Part shown: positions 47,520 through 64,000 of the stretch, piece by piece
Layout of the letters: each line of letters opens with the position of its first letter
Position numbering within the stretch: position 1 is the first letter of the stretch
DNA from: an uncultured delta proteobacterium
GTDB lineage: Bacteria; Myxococcota_A; Polyangia; Haliangiales; Haliangiaceae
DNA length: 64,000 nucleotides
Assembly (NCBI GenBank): GCA_963743525.1
Contig: CAVUQH010000003.1
Location: forward strand, 32,001-96,000
Reading direction: 5' to 3'
Made by a program: the position numbers and the translations under genes
Notes under the pieces: generated by a model
The model's input: only the letters and a program-made list of their open reading frames with translations
Told to the model about the DNA's origin: nothing
The model's database searches: none

Positions 47520-47866
47520 AGTCGTCCTTCGAGCCGCCGCAAGTTGACGCTGACATCGTGCAAGCCGCGCAGCTCGCTGGCATTGCGCTTGGCGATCACG
47601 ACCACGTCAACGTCGGCCGGCACCCAGCCGGGTGTCGTGCGCGCGAACTCGCGCACCAACCGCTTGATGCGGTTCCTCACCACGGCGGTGCCGACTTTTT
47701 TGCTCACGGTGATTCCCAGGCGCCCGCCGGTGTCGCTCGTTTCGGCGCGCGGCGCGGCGAGCACCAGGAAGTGTCGCGCGTGCAGCTTGCGCCGGTCGGG
47801 GTGACTCTGCACCGCGAGGAACTCGCGGCGCTTCCGGAGCCGTGCACTCTTTCGCCACGGAAGCAT
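47507..47866 (-). CDS. rnpA: RNase P protein component
   Basis: [22 protein letters not shown]. Confidence 0.95.
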   Translation of the reverse strand: MLPWRKSARLRKRREFLAVQSHPDRRKLHARHFLVLAAPRAETSDTGGRLGITVSKKVGTAVVRNRIKRLVREFARTTPGWVPADVDVVVIAKRNASELRGLHDVSVNLRRLEGRLWAH

Positions 47867-47897
47867 CAGAGCGCCGACCACCGGACGGTGCCGCCGG

Positions 47898-48047
47898 CTA
47901 CTTCTTGCCGATCGAAACCGACAAGCGCTTGCGCCCCTTGAGACGGCGGCGCTTGAGGACGAGCCGGCCTGCGCGGGTGCGCATCCGGGCGCGGAAGCCA
48001 TGGGTGCGTTTCCGGCTTTTATTATGCGGTTGGTACGTTCTCTTCAC
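47898..48047 (-). CDS. rpmH: 50S ribosomal protein L34
   Basis: MKRTYQP...[24 protein letters not shown]. Confidence 0.97.
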   Translation of the reverse strand: MKRTYQPHNKSRKRTHGFRARMRTRAGRLVLKRRRLKGRKRLSVSIGKK

Positions 48048-48075
48048 GATAGAGCTCCGGCTAGCGGGACGTGGA

Positions 48076-48104
48076 TCGATAGCGGACCCCCCGAAGGGTG
48101 TCAA
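48076..48104 (-). promoter_or_regulatory. sigma70-type promoter of the rpmH operon
   Basis: TTGACA-17 bp-TATCGA on the minus strand. Confidence 0.6.
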
Positions 48105-48385
48105 GACTCCATACCGTGCTCGTGAACGATTCCCCGATTGCCCGGTTGACGGCCGCCGCCGCCCCCGCGCTGCCTGCACCGTCCCTACCGTTCCCTACAT
48201 CCATAGATCCCGAGCCGCCAAAACCGCCACTCCCGACAGGGTTTGCCCAGGAGTGTGGCGAAATCATGGCAGTCACGACATGAAGCGATCGCGCAAAAGC
48301 CCGGGGCGTGGGCCCCAGCCGGATCGATCGGGCGCAAACCCGCGCCGCGCGCGGGCTAGGCGCATCGACGCCTTTCGTTCTGCGA

Positions 48386-48792
48386 TTTTCCACACGATTC
48401 CGGTGTAATCCGGACATCAAATCACAGGTCCGCGAAATCCTCTTCGCACGGGTCAAATTTTCCTTCTCGCGGGAGCGAAGTGAGATCAAAAGGTTCCGAA
48501 TTAATGCCTTTTTTGGTCTTGCCTGTCACTTTCGCGCTCTGCTAGGTACACGGACTCGCAGCAACCAACGCGGGGCGCGCGACCGCCCGTTTCCGCAGGT
48601 GCGACGACCGGCCGAGGTGGGGTGACATGGGGACCGGGCGCCGACGAGGGGGTCGTGTGCGCTGCGCGGAGAATACGTGTGTCTTGGGGGAATCAGGGTG
48701 TCGTCTTGCCCACAACGGTTTCGTTTGCGAAACCGCGCGGGATTACACCTGTTCTCGGCACGTGTTCACAGCTTGTTGCGCCCTGTGGACAA
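48386..48792. promoter_or_regulatory. DnaA-box-like 9-mers upstream of dnaA
   Basis: TTTTCCACA 48386, TTGCCCACA 48706, GTGTTCACA 48762, TGTGGACAA 48784. Confidence 0.6.
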
Positions 48793-48856
48793 CGCGGGCG
48801 AAGCCGCTGGCTCGCCCACCCCTGCATTTCCCGAACGCCCCCTGGAGGCAGTGTAA

Positions 48857-50320
<1,464 letters not shown>

Positions 50321-50660
50321 GACGCGCCACATTCGGCCATCCGCGAGTCAGAGCGCCGTGGTACACCGCGTCCTACGGGACGCGTGTGTCCGCATTTTCG
50401 GCCCCGGACAGCACGTCTCAGCCTGAGGACATCTCTGTGTGTGACCATGTCGGTAAGCCTGCGTGCGTGTGGTGGACAAATCGACACCGGAACTTGTCCG
50501 AATCGATCCGCAGGGTGGCGCACCGCCCCATCATTCGTTGAGCGACGCGCAAGCCACCGACATCAAAAGGGATACCGGCATTCATCCACAAACCCACAGT
50601 CCCTACTGATCCCACTAACCTTTTTAAACTAAATAAGAGATCAATAGAGACTGACCACCC
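50321..50660. other. oriC: putative oriC unwinding region (dnaA-dnaN intergenic)
   Basis: Tandem boxes TCATCCACA/AAACCCACA (50582-50598), then GTCCC-TAC..., then an AT-rich tract at 50621-50650. Confidence 0.75.
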
Positions 50661-50692
50661 GACCGGTCCGGCCCAACCACGAGAACGACGCC

Positions 50693-51790
50693 ATGGAATT
50701 CCAGATCGACAAGCAAGAGTTCCTCCGCGGCCTGCGGATCGCCCAGAGCATCGCTGACCGCAAGAGCACGATGCCGATGCTGGCGAACGTCCTCCTCCAC
50801 GCGGCGGGCAAGGACAAGCTCCTGGTCGCCGCCACCGACCTCAACGTCTCGGTGTCGGCCGAGCTGTCGAGCAGCAACGCGCAACCCGGCGGGCTCACCC
50901 TCGGGGCCAAGGCGTTGTTCGACATCGTCAACAACATGCCGGCCGAGAAGATCACGCTGCGGCGGGCCGACAACAACTGGGCGGTCATCGAGTCGGGCAA
51001 GGTCAGCTACCGGCTGGTCGGCATGCCCGACCGCGACTTCCCCAAGATCCCCGAGCACCGCGAAGCCGACTACACCGACATCGACGCCGCTGTGCTGCGC
51101 GAGATGATCGACCGGACGCTGTTCTCGGTGTCGAGCGACGAGACCCGCTTCCACCTCAACGGCGTGCTGTTCGAGTCCGACGGCAAGACCTGCCGCATGG
51201 TCTCCACCGATGGCCACCGGCTGGCCAAGATCGAGCGCGACGTCAACGGCGCACCCACGCTCAGCGCCGGCGTCATCATCCCCAAGAAGGGCGTCAGCGA
51301 GATCAAGCGCATCCTCGACGGCGTGGCGACCTGCCGGGTGGCGATCAAGAGCCCGTACATCTTCGTCACCGCGGGAACGCTCACTCTCGCGGTCAAGCTC
51401 ATCGAATCGATGTTCCCGCCCTACGACCAGGTCATCCCCAAGGAGCACGAGCGCCGCGTCGTGGTCGACCGGATGCTGTTGCTCGACGCGCTCAAGCGCG
51501 CGCAGCTGATGTCGTCGGAGACCCGAGGGGTCAAGTTCAGCGCCAGCGAGGGCTCTCTGGTCATCACCAGCGACAACCCGGACGTCGGCGAGGTTCGCGA
51601 GGAGCTCGACGCCGAGCTGTCCGGCGACCCGGTCTCCATCGGCTTCAACGGCAAGTACGTGGTTGACTTTCTGTCGGCCATCACCTCCGACCAGGTGGTG
51701 CTCGAGCTCAAGGGCGAGCTCGACCCCGGCCTGATCCGCCCGGTCTCTGGCGAGAACTACCTGGGCGTGGTCATGCCGATGCGCATCTGA
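50693..51790 (+). CDS. dnaN: DNA polymerase III beta clamp
   Basis: P.LANVL, ATDL, STDGHRL, FP.Y..VIP, IGFN, VMPMRI. Confidence 0.98.
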   Translation: MEFQIDKQEFLRGLRIAQSIADRKSTMPMLANVLLHAAGKDKLLVAATDLNVSVSAELSSSNAQPGGLTLGAKALFDIVNNMPAEKITLRRADNNWAVIESGKVSYRLVGMPDRDFPKIPEHREADYTDIDAAVLREMIDRTLFSVSSDETRFHLNGVLFESDGKTCRMVSTDGHRLAKIERDVNGAPTLSAGVIIPKKGVSEIKRILDGVATCRVAIKSPYIFVTAGTLTLAVKLIESMFPPYDQVIPKEHERRVVVDRMLLLDALKRAQLMSSETRGVKFSASEGSLVITSDNPDVGEVREELDAELSGDPVSIGFNGKYVVDFLSAITSDQVVLELKGELDPGLIRPVSGENYLGVVMPMRI

Positions 51791-51794
51791 CCGG

Positions 51795-52910
51795 GTGAAG
51801 CTCCTCGCGCTCGAGCTCCGCAACGTCCGCAACCTCGAACCCCTGGCGCTCGAGCCCGGTCCGCGGTTCAACGTATTCTCCGGAGACAACGGCCAGGGCA
51901 AGACCAACTTGCTCGAGGCGGTCTACGTCGCCGGCACGCTGCGCTCGTTTCGCACGGCGCGGCTGGCCGAGCTGATCGCCTTCGGCGCCACCGAGGCCCG
52001 GGTCGCGGCCCGCGTCGAGCGCGGCGGCCTCGAGCGGGTCTGCGAGGTCACGCTGCGCGAGCGCAGCCGCGTGGTCCGGCTCGACGGCAAGACGGTCCGG
52101 CCCATCTCGCGCTACTTCGGCGAGTTCAATACGGTCCTGTTCGCGCCCGAAGACCTGCAAATCCCGCGGTCCAGCCCGCGCGAGCGGCGGCGGTTCCTCG
52201 ACCGGGCGGTGTTCCACCGGCAACCGCGCTATCTCGACCAGGCCCGCGCCTACGACAAGGTGGTCAAGAGCCGCAACGCGCTGCTGCGCAAGGCCGAGGG
52301 CCGGCCGGCTCCCAGCCAGCGCGACCTGCTCGAGGTCTACGACCAGCAGCTTGCCCGCCACGGAGCGGAGGTGGTGGCCGCTCGCCGCGCATTCCTGGGC
52401 GAGCTCCTGCCCCGGTTCGCCGCCGCCTTCGAGGCCATCACCCAGGCCCAGCTCGAGGGCGGCATCCGCTACCTCAGCGCCGACGACCTGCCCGACGATC
52501 CGGACGCGGTCGAGGCCGCTCTGCTGGCCGCCATCGCCGCCGCCCGCCGCGCCGACCTGGTCCGCCAGGTGACCACGGTCGGGCCCCACCGGGACGACCT
52601 GGAGCTGCTGCTGGACGGTCGGGCCGCGGCCTCGTTTGCCTCGCAGGGGCAGCTGCGCGCGCTGGTCCTGGCGTGGAAGACCGCCGAGATGGACCTGCTC
52701 GAACAGACCCACGGCGAGCCGCCGATTCTGTTGCTCGATGACGTGTCGTCGGAGCTCGATCCGACCAGGAACGAGTATCTATTCGAATTTCTTAGACAAA
52801 GACGCGGCCAGTGCATGATTACGACGACCCATTCCAAGCATGTTTTGCTGACCGCGGATCGGGTCGATTGGAGCGTCTCCGCGGGCACAATAACTAACGG
52901 TAATCCTTAG
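51795..52910 (+). CDS. recF: DNA replication/repair protein RecF
   Basis: GDNGQGKTNLLEA, ERRRFLD, GPHRDDL, SQGQ, LLLDDV.SELD. Confidence 0.97.
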   Translation: MKLLALELRNVRNLEPLALEPGPRFNVFSGDNGQGKTNLLEAVYVAGTLRSFRTARLAELIAFGATEARVAARVERGGLERVCEVTLRERSRVVRLDGKTVRPISRYFGEFNTVLFAPEDLQIPRSSPRERRRFLDRAVFHRQPRYLDQARAYDKVVKSRNALLRKAEGRPAPSQRDLLEVYDQQLARHGAEVVAARRAFLGELLPRFAAAFEAITQAQLEGGIRYLSADDLPDDPDAVEAALLAAIAAARRADLVRQVTTVGPHRDDLELLLDGRAAASFASQGQLRALVLAWKTAEMDLLEQTHGEPPILLLDDVSSELDPTRNEYLFEFLRQRRGQCMITTTHSKHVLLTADRVDWSVSAGTITNGNP

Positions 52911-52928
52911 GGTTTTCTGCACCGATAA

Positions 52929-56437
<3,509 letters not shown>

Positions 56438-56484
56438 CCCGGCCGGCCTTCGTTCGCGGGGTCGAGCTCGCGGCCAGTGCGGCC

Positions 56485-56609
56485 GGCCGCGAAGATCGGC
56501 TCAGGCGGCGGCGGCCGCGAAGATCGGCTTAGGCCGCCGCGGCCGCGAAGATCGGCTCAGGCCGCCGCGGCCGCGAAGATCGGCTCAGGCGGCGGCGGCC
56601 GCGAAGATC
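56485..56609. repeat. 28-bp tandem repeat, about 4.5 copies, derived from the carD/cdnL 3' end
   Basis: ggccgcgaagatcggctyaggcsgcsgc starts at 56485, 56513, 56541, 56569 and partially at 56597. Confidence 0.92.
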
Positions 56610-57082
56610 TGATCGATCTCGGCGGCGACGTCGTTCTCGCTGGCCTGCTTGGCCAGGGCGAGCTCGCGAATGAGCAGCCCGCGGGCGGTCTCGAGCATCC
56701 GGCGCTCGCCGAAGCTGAGATCCTTGGTGTTGCGGAGCAGGCACAGGTCGCGCAGCACCTCGGCGATTTCGTAGGCGCTGCCGGTCTTGATCTTCTCCAT
56801 GTACTCCCGGTGGCGCCGGTTCCAGGTCTGCGTGTCCCGGGTCACTTCCTTGGACCGCAGGATGTCGTAGACCTCAGCCACCTCGTCCCCGGAGATGATC
56901 TCGCGCAGGCCCACGGTGTCGGCGTTTGCCGTCGGCACCATGATCGTGAGCCCAGACTCGAGGATCTTCAGGATGTACACGCTGGTCGCCGAACCGCCGA
57001 TCTCGCGTTTTTCCAGGGCCACGACCTCTGCCACGCCGTGGACTGGGTAGACCGCCTTGTCGCCGACCTCAAATGCTTCCAT
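56585..57082 (-). CDS. carD: CarD/CdnL family RNA polymerase-binding factor
   Basis: GDKAVYPVHGV, VGLR, WNRR.REY..K.KTG, LSFGER; no AT-hook tail, so CdnL-type. Confidence 0.93.
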   Translation of the reverse strand: MEAFEVGDKAVYPVHGVAEVVALEKREIGGSATSVYILKILESGLTIMVPTANADTVGLREIISGDEVAEVYDILRSKEVTRDTQTWNRRHREYMEKIKTGSAYEIAEVLRDLCLLRNTKDLSFGERRMLETARGLLIRELALAKQASENDVAAEIDQIFAAAAA

Positions 57083-57125
57083 TCAGCTATCCGCTCCTGG
57101 GGCGAGCGCGAGTGCCCGCTTCCGA

Positions 57126-57154
57126 AGCGTACCAGACCGCCCCTCACCTGTCAA
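57126..57154 (-). promoter_or_regulatory. sigma70-type promoter of carD/cdnL
   Basis: TTGACA-17 bp-TACGCT on the minus strand. Confidence 0.7.
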
Positions 57155-57210
57155 ACAGTGGCAGGGTCTAAGTGCCTGGAAACACTCGAAATCGGGCTAG
57201 ACCCGCTGCG

Positions 57211-58725
<1,515 letters not shown>

Positions 58726-58813
58726 GTCCGCCTCAAAACAGCTTGAAATGTTGGCAGGTTATATATGGAGCCCGGTTCGCTTGTAAAGCGCCGGCCGAAG
58801 CAAACCGGGCCGA

Positions 58814-58843
58814 TTGACACCGGTTCGGAGGCTCAACTAGTCT
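58814..58843 (+). promoter_or_regulatory. sigma70-type promoter of the small basic ORF
   Basis: TTGACA-18 bp-TAGTCT. Confidence 0.6.
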
Positions 58844-58894
58844 GATCGGGTCGCCCTTGGGGAAGGCGGTTCCGAGGGCGGGGAGGAGAACGGT

Positions 58895-59047
58895 ATGGCA
58901 CCGAAGAAGGGCGCCCGCGGCAAGCGGAGCGAGCAGACGACCACCACCGGGCGCGCCGCCCCCAAGCGGACGCGCAAGAAGACGCGGCGACAGCCGCCGC
59001 GCATCAAGGGCGAGCTGCCCGAGCCGATCGCGACGTTCGTTTTCTAG
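58895..59047 (+). CDS. 50-aa Lys/Arg-rich small protein (absent from the ORF track)
   Basis: GGAGGAG RBS; MAPKKGARGKRSEQTTTTGRAAPKRTRKKTRRQPPRIKGELPEPIATFVF*. Confidence 0.72.
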   Translation: MAPKKGARGKRSEQTTTTGRAAPKRTRKKTRRQPPRIKGELPEPIATFVF

Positions 59048-59059
59048 CGTTTCAGCAGG

Positions 59060-59830
59060 TTAGCCGGCGCTCGTCACCAGCTGGCGGAAGCGGGAGGCGT
59101 CGTGTCCCCGCTCCGGCGTGGCGAACACGGCCCACACCCGCTGTCGGCCGAGGCAGGCGTCGGCCAGCTCTTCGAGCTTGTCCACAGCGAGGGCGCCGGT
59201 CGCGCCCAGCCCGCGGATGCGGAAGTAGGAGCGCTCGGCCTCGGGCAGCGGCGGCGGGATGTCCAGCGTCGGATCCGACTCCAGCGGATCGAACGCCAGC
59301 ACCACGTCGAGCTCGTCGGCCAACGTCTGGGCGGCCTGCGGCTGCCACAACCCGCCCGGCTCCCATACCCGCACCGCGCCGGCGAACGTCTCGGCAGGCG
59401 CCAGCTCGGAGAAGAAGCGGCGCAACAGGTCGCGGTTGGCCTCCGACGGCGACATGTCGTCGGGAGTGCGGAAGACCACCGTCTCGGCGCCCACCACTGC
59501 CGCCGCGGCCGCGACCTGGGCCACGGCATCGCGTACCACCGGGGTATCGCGCAGACCACCGGCCTGCGCCAGCGCGGCGGCGTCGAGCGCGTCGCCCAGC
59601 CGCGGATAACCGCGCGGTCCCGGGCGATGCGTGATCACCTGCCACGCGACGATGCCGAAGCCGAAGCCGTCGGGCGCGCCCCGCGCGCGTTTGCGCAGCG
59701 CCGCTTCGCCCGGCACCCGGTAGAACGTGTCGGCCAGCTCGAGGTAGTCGAGCGCGGCCATGTACTTCGCCGGCGATACTCCCGGCGGAATCGCGGGACA
59801 TCCCACGCGAATCATCGGCTCATCGGGCAT
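59060..59830 (-). CDS. DUF72-family protein
   Basis: Y...LDYLELADTFYRVP, WQVITH, YFRIRG, VFA; DUF72-like motif order. Confidence 0.75.
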   Translation of the reverse strand: MPDEPMIRVGCPAIPPGVSPAKYMAALDYLELADTFYRVPGEAALRKRARGAPDGFGFGIVAWQVITHRPGPRGYPRLGDALDAAALAQAGGLRDTPVVRDAVAQVAAAAAVVGAETVVFRTPDDMSPSEANRDLLRRFFSELAPAETFAGAVRVWEPGGLWQPQAAQTLADELDVVLAFDPLESDPTLDIPPPLPEAERSYFRIRGLGATGALAVDKLEELADACLGRQRVWAVFATPERGHDASRFRQLVTSAG

Positions 59831-59868
59831 CGATTGACTCCCCGGTTTCGGCTGCGTAGGCTCTCGGT

Positions 59869-60060
59869 ATGCAACCGGCAGAGCTCCAACGCGAGCTCGC
59901 GCGGTTGGCCGCGCTGGCGGCCTCTGCGCGGCGCTCCATCGAGGAGCTAGGCGAGGTCGTGAAAGGGCTGGAGCAGTCCATCGAAGAGCTGGGCTCGCAA
60001 ACAGCCGTCGAACCTACGTCCACCCCCGGGGTGGTGCAAGCAGAGGTCGCTTCCAAATGA
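59869..60060 (+). CDS. 63-aa hypothetical coiled-coil protein
   Basis: TTGACT-17-TAGGCT-6-ATG; ATGA overlap with tal. Confidence 0.6.
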   Translation: MQPAELQRELARLAALAASARRSIEELGEVVKGLEQSIEELGSQTAVEPTSTPGVVQAEVASK

Positions 60061-60701
60061 AATTCTTCATCGATACCGCTGACATCGGCGAAATCAAAGA
60101 CGCTGCCTCGATGGGCATCATCGATGGCGTCACCACCAACCCGTCGCTGGTCGCCAAGACCGGCCGCAAGTTCCGCGACGTGCTGCTCGAGATCTGCGAC
60201 GTGGTCAAGGGCCCGGTCTCGGCAGAGGTCGTGTCGATCACCGCCGAGGAGATGATGAAAGAGGCGCGCGAGCTGTCCGGCCTGCGCGAGAACATCGTCG
60301 TCAAGATCCCGCTTCTGGCCGAGGGGCTCAAGGCGGTGCGCCAGTGCACCGAAGAGGGCATCAAGACCAACGTCACCCTCTGCTTCAGCCCGACCCAGGC
60401 GCTGCTGGCGGCCAAGGCCGGCGCGACCTACATCTCGCCGTTCGTCGGCCGCATCGACGACATCTCCGACGAGGGGATGGAGGTCGTCGCCGACATCCTG
60501 CAGATCTATCAGAACTACGGCTACGAGACCCAGGTCCTGGTCGCGTCGGTGCGCCACCCGGTGCACATCCTCCAGGCCGCGCGTCTCGGTGCCCACGTCG
60601 CCACCTGTCCGCACAAGGTGTTGCTGCAGCTGTCCAAGCACCCGCTCACCGACATCGGGCTGAAGAAGTTCCTCGACGACTGGAAGAAGGTCCCGCAGTA
60701 G
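60057..60701 (+). CDS. tal: transaldolase (Fsa/TalC family)
   Basis: [34 protein letters not shown]. Confidence 0.93.
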   Translation: MKFFIDTADIGEIKDAASMGIIDGVTTNPSLVAKTGRKFRDVLLEICDVVKGPVSAEVVSITAEEMMKEARELSGLRENIVVKIPLLAEGLKAVRQCTEEGIKTNVTLCFSPTQALLAAKAGATYISPFVGRIDDISDEGMEVVADILQIYQNYGYETQVLVASVRHPVHILQAARLGAHVATCPHKVLLQLSKHPLTDIGLKKFLDDWKKVPQ

Positions 60702-61337
60702 TCACGTGCGGAACGGGCTGGGGGCATCCGGATGGCGGAGCCCCTCCCACGCCAACTCCATCATCTCGCGCACGACCTGCTCCGGCGGGCCGAAGTCGTC
60801 GGGGGCGTCGACCAGCGCCAGCATCACCCGCTCGACGATGCCGATGTGCGCGTAGGCGACCAGCAGCGGGTTGACCTCGCGGATGAAGCCGAGGTCCATC
60901 GCCACCTGGATGTTGCGCGCCTCGACGTCGGCGATCTCGCGGTAGAAGTCGCCGATCATCTTCTCCAGCTTGGGGTCCAGGCCCATCGACTCCCGATAGG
61001 CCAGCCGCGCCAGCTCGCGGTTGTCCATGAAGATCGACATCAGCTCCAGCGCCGCTTTCTCGGCACGGGAGAAGAAGTCCAACAAATCGGCGGGGGCCTC
61101 ACCGATGGCCGAGCCGATGTCCTTGATCAGCTGCATGAAGCTGGAGATCACCTCGTAGTAGATCTCCCGCTTCTCGGAGAAGTAGAGGTAGAAGGTGCCC
61201 TTGGCGACCCCGGCCGCGCGGGTGATGTCGTCCACGGTGGTGGCGTGGTAACCGGCGCCGGCGAACAGGCTCTTGGCCGCGTTGACCAGCTGTTGCCGTC
61301 GCGCGTCGCGCGCCGACTGCTTGGTCGCTCTGGTCAC
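60702..61337 (-). CDS. TetR/AcrR family regulator
   Basis: GYHATTVDDI..AAGVAKGTFYLYF..K. Confidence 0.93.
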   Translation of the reverse strand: MTRATKQSARDARRQQLVNAAKSLFAGAGYHATTVDDITRAAGVAKGTFYLYFSEKREIYYEVISSFMQLIKDIGSAIGEAPADLLDFFSRAEKAALELMSIFMDNRELARLAYRESMGLDPKLEKMIGDFYREIADVEARNIQVAMDLGFIREVNPLLVAYAHIGIVERVMLALVDAPDDFGPPEQVVREMMELAWEGLRHPDAPSPFRT

Positions 61338-61420
61338 CGAGGCATCTTCGGCGCGAGCCGCCGGGGCGTCAAGGAAAGCCCCCGTTGACCCGTCGCGGGG
61401 TGGCCCGTATGGTCCCCGTC

Positions 61421-61786
61421 ATGCGCCTCTTCTTCGCCACGCTGGTGGCCGCGGTCGCGGCGATGGGCGGCTGCGGCGACAGCGCGGGACCCACGATCGA
61501 CCAGGTGATTCCGACAGCGGCCGCGCGCGGCGCCGAGATCCAGATCCTGGGCCAGCGCTTCTGCGGCGACGCGGTCACCAACGTCGACGAGATGGGCGCC
61601 TGCGTCACCCCGCCGGCCGGCTTCGTCACCCTGGGCGAGACCGACATGGTCCGCGCCTCGGTGCGGTCGTGGAAGGCGGCAGAGGTGCGGGTCGTGGTCC
61701 CGCAGTCGATCGCGGCCGGCTCCACCGTCGTCATCGTCACCGTGGACGGCGCGTCGTCGAACGCCGCCGCCTTCGAGGTGCTGTGA
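61421..61786 (+). CDS. IPT/TIG-domain lipoprotein
   Basis: Lipobox MGGC; PTI....P......G.EI.I.G..F...W....V.V.VP...V.VDG..SN. Confidence 0.75.
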   Translation: MRLFFATLVAAVAAMGGCGDSAGPTIDQVIPTAAARGAEIQILGQRFCGDAVTNVDEMGACVTPPAGFVTLGETDMVRASVRSWKAAEVRVVVPQSIAAGSTVVIVTVDGASSNAAAFEVL

Positions 61787-62223
61787 GCGATCGACGAGCC
61801 TTCTCGGTGGCTGTCTACGCCCGTCGCGGCGGGCCCGGCGGCCGGGTGCTGGTGATCCATCACCGCCGGCTGGAGACCTGGCTGCCGGTCGGTGGCGAGA
61901 TGGAGCCGGGCGAGACCCCGCTGGAGGCGGCCATCCGCGAGCTCGCCGAGGAGACCGGCCTCACCGGCCGCTTTCCGCCGCTGGCCGGGGCCGCCGACGG
62001 CGTTCCACCGGGTTATCTCGGCTACGAGGAGCACCGGGCCGGCTCCAAGGGGATGCACATGAACTTCGTCTTCGTCGCCGACGTGCCGGGCGACGCCGAG
62101 GTCTCCCCCAACCACGAGTTCTCCGACTACCGCTGGGTTGACCGCGCGGCCCTGGACCAGCTGTCGTCGCCGCTCAACGTGCGCGAGTTCGGCGTGCTGG
62201 CGCTCGACGCCGTATCGCGCTAA
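61783..62223 (+). CDS. NUDIX hydrolase
   Basis: GGEMEPGETPLEAAIRELAEETGL Nudix box. Confidence 0.92.
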   Translation: MSDRRAFSVAVYARRGGPGGRVLVIHHRRLETWLPVGGEMEPGETPLEAAIRELAEETGLTGRFPPLAGAADGVPPGYLGYEEHRAGSKGMHMNFVFVADVPGDAEVSPNHEFSDYRWVDRAALDQLSSPLNVREFGVLALDAVSR

Positions 62224-62235
62224 ACAGCGCGGTCG

Positions 62236-62831
62236 ATGCGCACCCGGCAGCACGTCAATCCCCTCGGCCTGGCGTTCGAGGAGTTTCGCGGCAAGCGGCC
62301 CGCGCTGCCCGAGCACCGCCCGGTCGAGGTCGAGATCGGCTGCGCCGACGCCCAGTTCCTGTTCGAGCGCGCCGCCGCCGACCCGAGCCGCTGCTACGTC
62401 GGCTTCGAGGTGCGCGAGCTGCTGGTGAGCCAGGTCAACCAGCGCGCCCGCGACGAGGGACTGCCGGTCCACGCCGTCTTCTGCAACGCCAACATACACA
62501 TGGCGTCGGTGATTCCGGCCGGCCGGGTCGACCGGGTCTACGTCAACTTCCCCGACCCGTGGTTCAAGAGCCGCCACCGCAAGCGGCGCATGGTCGACGA
62601 CGCGCTGGCCGAAGGGATCGCCGCAATCTGCCGCCCGGGCGCCGACCTGCTGTTCCAGAGCGACGTCTGGTCGGTGGCCATCGACGCCATGGAGATCTTC
62701 GAGCGCCACGACCACTGGTTCGCCAACCAGGTCGAGCCGTGGACCTTCTGGAAACAGGGCAATCCCTACGGCGTGCGCTCCTGGCGCGAGCAGCACTGCG
62801 AAGAGGCGGGGATGAAGATCTGGCGGATTCG

Positions 62832-62850
<19 letters not shown>
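62236..62850 (+). CDS. trmB: tRNA (guanine-N7)-methyltransferase
   Basis: [28 protein letters not shown]. Confidence 0.92.

Positions 62851-64000
<1,150 letters not shown>

Noticed and set aside
48105..48856. ORFs or an ncRNA in the rpmH-dnaA intergenic region
   Set aside because: Atypical codon usage and no recognisable RNA family; better explained as promoter and DnaA-box DNA
56485..56609. 28-bp repeats as a CRISPR array
   Set aside because: Units are directly adjacent with no spacers and match the carD/cdnL 3' end

Overview
High-GC bacterial chromosomal window. It most likely comes from a myxobacterium (Myxococcota); this is inferred from a MYXO-CTERM-like tail, a REC-DUF4388 protein, CdnL/CarD, long Pro-rich linkers and the parS type. 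The window spans the replication origin (mnmE-jag-yidC-yidD-rnpA-rpmH <> dnaA-oriC-dnaN-recF-gyrB). It also carries hisBHAF-hisIE, bioFAD, tsaD-rsmA-mutM, an ECF sigma/anti-sigma pair, uvrD, a DinG-family helicase, partial uvrB, fabH, pepA and tal. No rRNA, tRNA, CRISPR array, transposase or integrase is visible. The best candidate for an undescribed system is a three-gene unit at 24421-30032: an M48-type protein whose zinc motif reads NELGH instead of HExxH, a dynamin-like GTPase with a hydrophobic paddle, and a second dynamin-like GTPase fused to about 470 aa of TPR-like repeats. Other notable signals are about 11 genes with a leaderless -10/start layout, a 50-aa basic protein missed by the ORF track, a Bacillus-like origin unwinding module, two perfect parS palindromes inside bio genes, an archaeal-type RNase HII, an Hsp70 with a large Pro-rich insert, and two tandem repeats built from gene 3' ends. 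Four genes, including essential gyrB, carry +1 frameshifts that are probably sequencing errors. All calls come from reading motifs by eye; no database searches were run.
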